From positions 1 to 63,333 of the forward strand of contig CAZNYB010000010.1 in assembly GCA_964577155.1 (NCBI GenBank): 63,333 nt of DNA, read 5' to 3'. Position numbers and translations under genes: made by a program. Position 1 is the stretch's first letter. Every line of letters begins with the position of its first letter. The DNA comes from an uncultured Thermomicrobiales bacterium. GTDB lineage: Bacteria > Chloroflexota > Chloroflexia > Thermomicrobiales > CFX8. The notes under the pieces were generated by a model, which saw only the letters and a list, made by a program, of their open reading frames with translations, was not told where the DNA came from and searched no databases. Of the stretch, positions 10,568 through 19,210 are shown piece by piece.

Positions 10568-12398
10568 CCTGCGACGCCTGCAAAGAGTCCTGAATCTGCC
10601 TGGCAAGCCGTGGACCAATGCCTTCTACTGCTGAAAGGTCATCAACGCTCGCCTCGCGAATGCGCTTTACGCTGCCAAACGTTCGAATCAGCGCTTTTTT
10701 ACGTTTCGGACCAACCCCGTCCAGCTCATCGAGAGCTGATTTGAAGGCTGTTTTTGTGCGTTTACTGCGTTGATAGGTGATGGCAAACCGGTGCGCTTCA
10801 TCCCGGATTCGCTGAAGCAGATAGAGCGCCTGCGAATCACGCGGCAGGATAACCGGCAAGGAACGATCAGGGACGAAGAGCTCTTCGTTTTCTTTCGCCA
10901 GTCCTGCGATCGGTACTTCAACCTCGAGCGCTTTCATGGCTGCAAGTGCGCTGCTGAGCTGCCCTTTGCCGCCGTCGACGATTACGAGATCAGGCATCGA
11001 CCGCCAGGATTGTGTCGACTCCTCGACAAGCGCCCGTTTGAATCTGCGGGTGATGACCTCGGCCATCGAGGCAAAGTCATCCTGCCCATCGACCGTTTTC
11101 ACCGAAAACCGGCGGTACTCTTTTTTATTTGGCCGGGCATTTTCAAAGACAACCATCGACGCCACAGTGTTTGTGCCTTGCAAGGTTGAGATGTCAAAGC
11201 ACTCGATACGTCTTGGCAGTGCCGGCAAGAGCAGGGCGTCCGCCAGTTCAGAAAGTGCGGCGATGAGTTTTTGCTCATTGTTGAGCCAGCGTGCAGTCGT
11301 TTGTTTCAGATTGGCAACGGCGCTTTTGGTGACCATTTCAAGCAACTGGCGCTTATGACCTCGCTGCGGAACTGTTAGCTGAACCTTCGAACCTCGCCGC
11401 TCCGTCAGGAATCCTAGAACGACTTCTGCGTCGGGAAGTTGTTCGGGGATGACAATTTCCTTCGGCACTATCGCAGCATCTTCATAAAACTGTGGGACAA
11501 AGCTTGAGAGAAGATCGGCCGTCGTGTCCTCAACCCTGGTGCCTGACAGCGCGAAAAACTCAGATCCAAGCATCTTGCCGTTGCGCACGAACGCGACCTG
11601 TACGCCGGCATCGCCACCGGCGCTCTGCGCCAGGGCTAGCACGTCGAATTCGCTGCCTTTCCCTGAGACAATGTTCTGCCGTTCGAGTACATGTTCAATT
11701 GCCGAGATCTCATCCCTCAATTTGGCTGCCTGCTCAAATTCGAGGTTCTCAGCGTGTTTTTCCATTTCAGCTTGCATCGCGGGAATCAGGTCATCGCCTT
11801 TGCCATTCAGAAACAGCTCGACGGAATCAATGACCTGCATGTATTCGGCATGACTTGTAGCGCCAGTACACGGCCCCAGGCACCGGCCAATGTGGTAGTA
11901 GAGGCAGGGCCGATCGGCATTGCCGGTTATCTCGATATCACACGGACGGTACGGGAATAGTCGCTTGAGCAGATCGAGTGTCGTGTGAACTGATCCAGCT
12001 GAGGTGAAAGGTCCAAAATAACGGGAACCATCATTGACAATCCTTCTGGTGCTGATGACCCTCGGCCACTGCTCATTGGTGATGCGGATGTACGGGTAGG
12101 TTTTGCCATCCTTGAGCATGATGTTGTAGTGCGGTTGGTAACGTTTGATCAGCTCATTTTCCAGAATCAGCGCTTCGGTCGGGGTATCGGTTCGGATTAC
12201 TTCAAGATCGGAAATATGCCTGACAAGTTCCCGTGTCTTCGGATCCAGTGAAGCTCTTGCCCGAAAATAGGACGACACTCGGGAACGCAGCGACGATGCT
12301 TTACCAACGTAAAGCACCTCACCACCTTCATTACTAAAAATGTAAACCCCGGGTTTGGGTTCAAGTACGCCGAGTTGGTCGGCAATTCGCTGATCCAT
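10560..12398 (-). CDS. uvrC: Excinuclease ABC subunit C
   Basis: GIY-YIG PGVY...YVGKA, CLYYHIGRCLGPC, RIECFDIS, DGGKGQ, RDEAHRFA, HhH C-terminus. Confidence 0.98.
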   Translation of the reverse strand: MDQRIADQLGVLEPKPGVYIFSNEGGEVLYVGKASSLRSRVSSYFRARASLDPKTRELVRHISDLEVIRTDTPTEALILENELIKRYQPHYNIMLKDGKTYPYIRITNEQWPRVISTRRIVNDGSRYFGPFTSAGSVHTTLDLLKRLFPYRPCDIEITGNADRPCLYYHIGRCLGPCTGATSHAEYMQVIDSVELFLNGKGDDLIPAMQAEMEKHAENLEFEQAAKLRDEISAIEHVLERQNIVSGKGSEFDVLALAQSAGGDAGVQVAFVRNGKMLGSEFFALSGTRVEDTTADLLSSFVPQFYEDAAIVPKEIVIPEQLPDAEVVLGFLTERRGSKVQLTVPQRGHKRQLLEMVTKSAVANLKQTTARWLNNEQKLIAALSELADALLLPALPRRIECFDISTLQGTNTVASMVVFENARPNKKEYRRFSVKTVDGQDDFASMAEVITRRFKRALVEESTQSWRSMPDLVIVDGGKGQLSSALAAMKALEVEVPIAGLAKENEELFVPDRSLPVILPRDSQALYLLQRIRDEAHRFAITYQRSKRTKTAFKSALDELDGVGPKRKKALIRTFGSVKRIREASVDDLSAVEGIGPRLARQIQDSLQASQDA

Positions 12399-12455
12399 AG
12401 CCTGTCAATTCTATCACTGGCGCCTGGTTCGTCTGCCGTGACAACGACATTTTAT

Positions 12456-12506
12456 TGACAGCCAGGCACTGTACGTGCATACTGTTCGTACAGTGCCTGG
12501 CTGTCA
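12456..12506. repeat. Perfect 20-bp inverted repeat (11-nt spacer) in the uvrC/alaS divergent region
   Basis: TGACAGCCAGGCACTGTACG (12456-12475) and CGTACAGTGCCTGGCTGTCA (12487-12506). Overlaps a candidate TTGACA-17-CATACT promoter. Confidence 0.9.
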
Positions 12507-12624
12507 TCAGTTGACCTACTTCAACGTTGTGACACTGTCAGACCAAAGAATACCGATCATTCGGCTACACTTGAACGCTATCGACGGCAGCTGGGGCAAA
12601 AACGTTGAGATAGGCGGACAAGTT

Positions 12625-15264
12625 ATGGATTCCCGAATGATACGGAAAACTTTTACCGAATATTTTGTAGAACGAGGTCATATCGCCGTGCCGTCCTCGT
12701 CGCTAATTCCAACTGATCCCACAGTGTTGCTGACAACCGCTGGTATGCAGCAGATGACGCCATATTTTCTCGGTCTTGAGTCTCCTCCGGGTCCTCGACT
12801 CACATCCATTCAAAAGTCCTTCCGGGCAGTTGGCAAAGCTGATGATGTCCTCGAGGTGGGCGATAGCACGCACCTGACCTTTTTCGAGATGCTCGGCAAT
12901 TTCTCGGTTGGCGACTATTTCAAGGAGACTGCAATCGAGCTAGCCTGGGATTTGTTGCACAAAACCTACGGGATTCCCAAAGACGCATTCTGGATTACCG
13001 TGAATCCTGACGACGACACATCTCGAAGCTACTGGCGCGACAATATTGGAATTCCCGCTCATAAAATTCAGGACGATCCGACAAATGTCTGGGGACCAGT
13101 CGGTGACACAGGTCCTTGCGGCCCGAATTCAGAGCTTTATGTCGACCTTGAGTATGGTCAAAAAGGCGATACCGGACGAGGTCCAGTCAGCGAAGACGAA
13201 GATCGGTACGTTGAAGTCTGGAATCTCGTCTTCATGGAGTTTTACCAGCAGGCTGACGGCAGCTGGGAGCAACTGGAAAGCCAGAATGTCGATACCGGCA
13301 TGGGACTCGAACGGCTGGCTATGGTCCTGCAGGAAACCGAAACCATCTATGAAACTGACCTGTTTTTGCCAATCATCAAATCGGCTGCTGAAATTGCTGG
13401 AGTTACTTACGGATTGGATCTGCGAACCGACAATGCGTTGCGCATCATCGCCGATCACGCCCGCGGCATCGCCTTTCTTATCGCAGATGGAGTAACGCCC
13501 GCGAATGAGGATAGAGGCTATGTACTCAGACGCATCCTCCGCCGGTCGATTCAAAAAGGGCACAGTCTGGGAATCACAGAACCTTTCCTCGCTCGTTTGA
13601 CCGATATCACGGTCGCTGAATTTGGTGATCAGTATCCCGAGTTGAGACAACATCAGGCGAGAATACAGTCGGTTGTCAACCGAGAAGAAGCCGTATTCCG
13701 GCAAACAATAGACGCTGGAATAACTCGTCTCAATGTTCTGCTTGCCGATCTGGAAGCGTCTGACGTGAACATGATTCCGGGTGGCGATGCATTTCGGCTG
13801 CATGACACCTACGGGTTCCCGATTGATCTCACCCTTGAGCTTGCTGGACGGTCTGGGTTTGAAGTCGATATCGAAGGATTTCGGGAGAATATACGAAACC
13901 AGAGAGAGCAGAGTCGTGGTGACCTGGCAAGGTTTGCCGATCTGGAACGCGAACGGGCTCCACTATATGCGGCCGTTGGAAACGATACATCCAGATTCGT
14001 TGGCTACGACACGGACAATTCTCGATCAACAATTGTCGCGATTCTGGGACCTGATTCCGCAGAATCCCATGCTGCGGCCGGTCAGGAAGTGGAACTGATC
14101 CTTGATTGCACGCCATTCTACGGCGAAGCAGGTGGACAGATTGGTGATACTGGCGTGGTTCGGACAGAGACAGGGGAATTTCGCGTAACCGACACCCGGA
14201 AACCATCTCCGCAAATCACGGTGCATCGCGGAATGGTCACTGAAGGCGACATTCAAACCGGGCAATCCGTCGAAGCGCAGGTTGACACCGAACGGCGCAA
14301 AGCAACGCAGCGAAATCACACGGCTACACACCTGCTACACCGGGCGCTGCGCATTGTGCTCGGCGATGAAACACACCAGGCTGGATCGCTGGTAACACCG
14401 GAAAGGCTCCGGTTCGACTTTACGAGCGTTGAGCCAGTCAGCAATGCGGAACTCGAGCGTGTATCTCGCATTGCCAATCTCCAGGTAATTGAGGACCTAC
14501 CGGTCGAATCCCGCCATGATTCGTACAGCAACGCTGTTGCTTCTGGCGCGATGGCGCTCTTTGGAGAGAAATACACGGAGCAGGTAAGAGTGGTCTCCAT
14601 CGACAGCTTCTCCAGCGAGCTGTGTGGCGGAACCCATGTCTCCAGGACAGGTGAAATTGGACCGATCATCATTCTTTCTGAGTCGTCGATTGGCTCGGGG
14701 GTTCGACGAATCGAGTCGATCACCGGTGAAACGGCGCTCGAACACATTCAAAATCTCAGCCGGTTGGCCAGTGAACTCAGCGAGACGCTGAAATCTCCGG
14801 AAAGCGAATTGATCAGCAGTGTTGAGCAACTACAGAAGGAACTTCGAGAACGGCAGGCAACTGTCGATGAGTTGAAGTTTAAATTGGCTATCAGCGGGGT
14901 GGATCAGCTTCTCGGCAGCGTAGTTGATGTCAATGGAATCCAGGTCCTAGCGAGCGTTGTCGAAGCACCGGACCGCGATACGTTGTTGCGTATTGGAGAT
15001 CGACTTCGAGATGCAATGCAGTCTGGCGTAATTGTGCTTGGAACAGTCATCGACGACAAACCGGCGCTGCTGGCAATGGTGACATCAGATCAGGCAGCAA
15101 ACGGTCTTCAGGCGGGCAAGATCATTCAGGAAGTCGCTCCAATCGTCGGAGGGCGCGGGGGTGGCCGTCCAGAAGTTGCTCAGGGCGGTGGTTCGGATGC
15201 AGCAAAACTCAACGAAGCAATTGATTCGGTTGTTGCCTTGATCGAAAGAATGGCTGACAGCTAG
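12625..15264 (+). CDS. alaS: Alanine--tRNA ligase
   Basis: TFFEMLGNFS, GPCGP, DTGMGLER, RNHTATHLL, ELCGGTH, GGRGGGRP. Start moved to MDSRM (AGGCGG upstream). Confidence 0.98.
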   Translation: MDSRMIRKTFTEYFVERGHIAVPSSSLIPTDPTVLLTTAGMQQMTPYFLGLESPPGPRLTSIQKSFRAVGKADDVLEVGDSTHLTFFEMLGNFSVGDYFKETAIELAWDLLHKTYGIPKDAFWITVNPDDDTSRSYWRDNIGIPAHKIQDDPTNVWGPVGDTGPCGPNSELYVDLEYGQKGDTGRGPVSEDEDRYVEVWNLVFMEFYQQADGSWEQLESQNVDTGMGLERLAMVLQETETIYETDLFLPIIKSAAEIAGVTYGLDLRTDNALRIIADHARGIAFLIADGVTPANEDRGYVLRRILRRSIQKGHSLGITEPFLARLTDITVAEFGDQYPELRQHQARIQSVVNREEAVFRQTIDAGITRLNVLLADLEASDVNMIPGGDAFRLHDTYGFPIDLTLELAGRSGFEVDIEGFRENIRNQREQSRGDLARFADLERERAPLYAAVGNDTSRFVGYDTDNSRSTIVAILGPDSAESHAAAGQEVELILDCTPFYGEAGGQIGDTGVVRTETGEFRVTDTRKPSPQITVHRGMVTEGDIQTGQSVEAQVDTERRKATQRNHTATHLLHRALRIVLGDETHQAGSLVTPERLRFDFTSVEPVSNAELERVSRIANLQVIEDLPVESRHDSYSNAVASGAMALFGEKYTEQVRVVSIDSFSSELCGGTHVSRTGEIGPIIILSESSIGSGVRRIESITGETALEHIQNLSRLASELSETLKSPESELISSVEQLQKELRERQATVDELKFKLAISGVDQLLGSVVDVNGIQVLASVVEAPDRDTLLRIGDRLRDAMQSGVIVLGTVIDDKPALLAMVTSDQAANGLQAGKIIQEVAPIVGGRGGGRPEVAQGGGSDAAKLNEAIDSVVALIERMADS

Positions 15265-15330
15265 CAACCTGTGCATGTATTGCAGCGGAGTTGTAACTGA
15301 GCCAGACGAAAGACTCGAAAGTAAAGAACA

Positions 15331-17070
15331 ATGGCCACAGAAGCAACCCCGCGAACAATCGAACTGGAATCTGAAGAGGATTTGCAGCAATTCCTTTCAG
15401 AGATACGCCAGCAAAAAGAGTCTGGGCGATTTACGGTTGATATCCCAGTCCAGTCAGACGTTCTTGCCACCAACAATGAAATGCGAGAGCTTGTTGCGCT
15501 CTGCCGATCAAAAAACATTGAACTCTCGCTTCGCACCGACGATCCTGTGAGGATAGAGTTGGCTCGTATCGCTGGGCTGGAAATTGAGCCACAACATATC
15601 GGTGAAAAGCAGTTCGCCTCCGCCTCAATCACTCGGAAGCAACTGTTAGTCAAACAATCGCAACCGAATGCGGGACTGCACGACGCCAAAACCGTCGTAG
15701 GCGCGGAGATTGCAGGAACGCAACCAGAAATCGAAACGCCTGAACCAGAGTCGACGAATACTCTTGAAGCGATGGAATGGTCTCAGTTTCCGACTGAATC
15801 GCAGCCCTCCTTCAGTTTCGTCATCACACCGCCAACCAAGTCCCGGAGTTTACCCGAGGCCGCTACGACGTCCCCGGAGCAAATCCGAAACCCACATCCG
15901 ACCTCTTCCACCAGAAAAAGACAACGAAGGTCCAGCGTCGGAGTGCTCTCAACCATCACCTTGATAGGCACGATCGTTGGAGTTGCGGTAATCCTGATCG
16001 GATTTTTCGCTCCATATGCAAATGTTAGCCTGACTCCCGTTACCACACCGGTCGAGACAGAGCTCGTGTATGGCGTTGCTGGTTCGGCTGAATCCCTCGG
16101 TGTTGCTCTTGAACCAGAAATCCTCTCGACAACGCTAAGTTGGGAAGGCTCCATGCCTACTACCGGCGAACGATTTGTTCCAGACGCAACCGCGAGCGGC
16201 GAAATCATCTTTACAAACCCCTCCACGTCCGCGGTCATCGTTCCTGCCGGGACAGTTCTTCAGTCAGATGATGGCATCGAATACCGGACGAGCGAAGAAG
16301 TAATCGTTCCGGCAGCTGATCCCTTCGGTAGTCGGATGTTCGGTAGCGGGCAGGTCGAAATAGTCGCGGCAATACCCGGACCGGAAGGAAACCAGGCAGC
16401 ACAGGCAATTACTGGAAATCTTGACAATGGTTTGTTCTTCCAGAACCAGCTTGCGATCGATGGTGGGACCATGCGGAGAATTCAGGTCGTTGGCGAGCAG
16501 GACGTTGAAAGCCTGCGAAGTACCGCCCAATCTGAATTCGAGCTGAAAGCAGCAGGAGAGGCAGCCTCTCAGCTCACCGGCGACCAGGTGATCATCGCTG
16601 ACTCACAAGCTATCGGTCCGGTTTCATTCACGTTAAGCGCAGAACCAGGAATCGACGCCGAGACACTCAGCATGTCAGCCACCGCTCCGCTGACCTTTGC
16701 GGTCTACTCTCCTGAGGAACTGCATCAACTGGCTCGCACAGAGATTCAGAACCTTGTCTCAAATGCTCAAACTGACAACGAACAATTGGATCCTGAGTCA
16801 ATCTGGATGTCAGATCCCGAACAGCTGGAAGAAGGACAAGGACTTGTATTCAAGATCCTGGCAGGTGGCAACCTTATCGCTATCCTGGATCAGGCGGAAC
16901 TTGATAGTCTGAAGTCGAACCTTCTCGGCGCAAACGAAACCGAAGCTATAGAACTGGCAAGTCAGGTCAACGGTGTTGCAGAATCAAGCGTTAGCTACGG
17001 ACCTGACTGGTTCCCTGTTTGGAGAGAGCCGCGACTAGAATCCAGGATATTCATTGAAATTATCAACTAA
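15331..17070 (+). CDS. Membrane-anchored baseplate J/gp47-like domain protein
   Basis: N-terminal alpha/beta domain, P/T/E-rich linker, one TM (~aa 203-228), then ASGEIIFTN, VPAGTVL and AAIPGPEGN motifs typical of the Baseplate_J family. Confidence 0.75.
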   Translation: MATEATPRTIELESEEDLQQFLSEIRQQKESGRFTVDIPVQSDVLATNNEMRELVALCRSKNIELSLRTDDPVRIELARIAGLEIEPQHIGEKQFASASITRKQLLVKQSQPNAGLHDAKTVVGAEIAGTQPEIETPEPESTNTLEAMEWSQFPTESQPSFSFVITPPTKSRSLPEAATTSPEQIRNPHPTSSTRKRQRRSSVGVLSTITLIGTIVGVAVILIGFFAPYANVSLTPVTTPVETELVYGVAGSAESLGVALEPEILSTTLSWEGSMPTTGERFVPDATASGEIIFTNPSTSAVIVPAGTVLQSDDGIEYRTSEEVIVPAADPFGSRMFGSGQVEIVAAIPGPEGNQAAQAITGNLDNGLFFQNQLAIDGGTMRRIQVVGEQDVESLRSTAQSEFELKAAGEAASQLTGDQVIIADSQAIGPVSFTLSAEPGIDAETLSMSATAPLTFAVYSPEELHQLARTEIQNLVSNAQTDNEQLDPESIWMSDPEQLEEGQGLVFKILAGGNLIAILDQAELDSLKSNLLGANETEAIELASQVNGVAESSVSYGPDWFPVWREPRLESRIFIEIIN

Positions 17071-17494
17071 ACCGCGCCCGGGCAATAAGTTGCTTGGGCT
17101 TGACCTTGGAGAGCGGTGGATCGGTGTGGCGGTGTCTGACGAGACAGGCATCATTGCTTCGCCTCTCGAAGTCATTGATCTCAAGTACGTCGGGTTGACC
17201 CGTATTAGAGATATCGCGAGCGATCGAGCAGTCGAAGCCATAATCGCTGGTTTGCCGCTTACGATGGCCGGCGATGAAGGCTTTCAAGCCCAGGAAGCCC
17301 GGTCCATGGCTCATGAGATTGGCAAACTCGTCGATCTACCTATCGTTTTCTGGGATGAGCGACTAACGTCCTCGATTGCCGAACAGGTAATTTTGCAGTA
17401 TGGCCGAAAACAAGCTCGTAGACTGAAATCGGAACATGATGCAGTTGCCGCAGCAGTGATGCTTCAGGGATATCTCGACTCCAACCCTGCTTAA
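17054..17494 (+). CDS. ruvX: Holliday junction resolvase-like / pre-16S rRNA nuclease YqgF
   Basis: LGLDLGERWIGVAVSD, GLPL, WDERLTS, DAVAAAVMLQGYL. Confidence 0.95.
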   Translation: MKLSTKPRPGNKLLGLDLGERWIGVAVSDETGIIASPLEVIDLKYVGLTRIRDIASDRAVEAIIAGLPLTMAGDEGFQAQEARSMAHEIGKLVDLPIVFWDERLTSSIAEQVILQYGRKQARRLKSEHDAVAAAVMLQGYLDSNPA

Positions 17495-17554
17495 TCTATA
17501 ATACGCTCGGAGAGGCGCTCTTCAAGAAAATTGAAGCCGGACAAGCGAGGCTAG

Positions 17555-17833
17555 ATGAAACTCATTATTGCTGTGGTGCAGAATAAAGATGCCGACGGAG
17601 TTGTTGATGCCCTGGTTGCGGCAGAATATCGTGCCACCCGCTTCGCAAGCACCGGAGGATTTCTTCGAAGAGGTAACACAACGATAATGGTCGGTGTCCA
17701 GGATCAACAGGTTGATCATGTGATCGACGTTATTCGTGACGAAGCCACTGCTCAGGCGGAAGAGAGTTCGCGTCCTGCGCAAGCTGCCGCAACCGTCTTT
17801 GTCCTGGACCTTGAAGAGTATCAGCGGCTGTAG
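17555..17833 (+). CDS. PII-like cyclic-di-AMP receptor (DarA/PstA/YaaQ family)
   Basis: MKLIIAVVQ, ASTGGFLRRGNTT, ATVFVL. Confidence 0.88.
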   Translation: MKLIIAVVQNKDADGVVDALVAAEYRATRFASTGGFLRRGNTTIMVGVQDQQVDHVIDVIRDEATAQAEESSRPAQAAATVFVLDLEEYQRL

Positions 17834-17919
17834 ATCGTCTCTTTCGCCAACCTGAATTCCTGATCGATTGACTGACACACAACCAGAACCTGCGCTTCCA
17901 TTGATCCGGAGCCGGAGAC

Positions 17920-19068
17920 ATGACCCGTCAATTGACCGTCACTGTTGATGGAGTGACCATCAGAGCCACGATGGCATGGACAGTCGTGGTCGTGTTGCTG
18001 GCTGGCATCACCCTCTATGTGAATACCCCTGCTGCCATGACCTCCAACCAGCAACTCATCTGGATTGCCTCGGTTGCCGTTGTAATTTTCGGTGGCATTC
18101 TGTCGCTCCTGCTACATGAGATCGCCCACATCGCGGTAGCTCGGAAATACCATCACCCGGTTTTATCTCTTGTGCCTGCATATCTTGGTTCATTACCCGA
18201 TACGGTCTATGAGCCAGAAAATCCGAGGCAAGAAGTCAAGGTCGCTATTGCCGGTCCAATCGCCAACCTGGTCCTTGGCAGCGTTTTGGCACTGGTGTGG
18301 CTGTTTTTACCCGACTCTGAGCACTGGCTGGTGAGGGCTTTCGGCATTGTCGCAGCATTAAACGGAGTTCTTGCGTTGGTAAATATTTTGCCAGGAGCGC
18401 CCTTTGATGGCGGCAGGATTTTCCGCGCTTTCATCTGGTACATCTCGGGGAATCTGATTCTCGGAACACGCTGGTCAGCGTTTTATGGCTATGTGCTGAT
18501 GACAGCAGGATTGGCTGCTGGTGTCTTGCTCATCTCAGCCGGTGAGTTCGCAGCAGTTTGGGGAGCCTGGGTATTGCTTATCTTCTGGACATTAAATCGT
18601 GCGGTAGGCGCAAGTACCCAGCATATCGTCTGGTTGGAGATGAGCCGCAGATTGAAAGTCAATGATCTGTTTGTAGGCAGTGGAAGGCGATTGCAAGCAT
18701 CTACAACGATTGACGACGCCATTGAAATGCTGCTTGAAGCCTATAACAAAGGTCCTACGTTGGTGATTGAAGACGGCCAGGCGATTGGCATGGTCGATCT
18801 GAGCAACATCCGGCCGGTCCCGCGATCGATCTGGACCGAGCGCACTGTTGGAGATGTTCTGTCCCCTTTGGACGACCGCCCAAAAGTAAAGGATGATGCG
18901 CCGCTGACAGAGTTGCTCAACCTGCTGCCACCTGATTCCGACGTCATCGTGCTGATAGAACGTCGCGGCAATGTTGTCGCTGCAACAAACCGGGAACTGG
19001 TGATCGAAAGCATGCGTGATTTTCTGCATGCTGAACACATGGAAAAACTACGCAGCGGACTTCGATAG
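17920..19068 (+). CDS. Site-2 protease (M50) with C-terminal CBS pair
   Basis: HEIAH, AIAGP and NILPGAPFDGGR motifs, followed by CBS-like repeats. Confidence 0.9.
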   Translation: MTRQLTVTVDGVTIRATMAWTVVVVLLAGITLYVNTPAAMTSNQQLIWIASVAVVIFGGILSLLLHEIAHIAVARKYHHPVLSLVPAYLGSLPDTVYEPENPRQEVKVAIAGPIANLVLGSVLALVWLFLPDSEHWLVRAFGIVAALNGVLALVNILPGAPFDGGRIFRAFIWYISGNLILGTRWSAFYGYVLMTAGLAAGVLLISAGEFAAVWGAWVLLIFWTLNRAVGASTQHIVWLEMSRRLKVNDLFVGSGRRLQASTTIDDAIEMLLEAYNKGPTLVIEDGQAIGMVDLSNIRPVPRSIWTERTVGDVLSPLDDRPKVKDDAPLTELLNLLPPDSDVIVLIERRGNVVAATNRELVIESMRDFLHAEHMEKLRSGLR

Positions 19069-19210
19069 ATTCACCGGTAGGAACTGGACGTCTAGTTCTC
19101 ATTAGCTTCGTACGTACGCATCTATCGGTTGTGTACGTACATCTATTCTGATAAAATTTCTCCGTTGGAAATCACCATTCTGTGACTCAAAGTCCAGCCT
19201 TGGGAGGCGT

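Noticed and set aside
12475-12487. GTGC-ATACT-GTTC upstream of uvrC as an SOS box
   Set aside because: 5-nt spacer and a mismatched half-site.
15331-17494. Prophage or contractile injection system suggested by baseplate J plus a 'resolvase'
   Set aside because: No other tail, capsid, sheath or integrase genes. The protein has a TM anchor, and the resolvase is housekeeping YqgF/RuvX.
19081-19098. GAACTGGACGTCTAGTTC as a LexA box
   Set aside because: The half-sites are 10 nt apart. More likely a weak terminator hairpin after the M50 gene.
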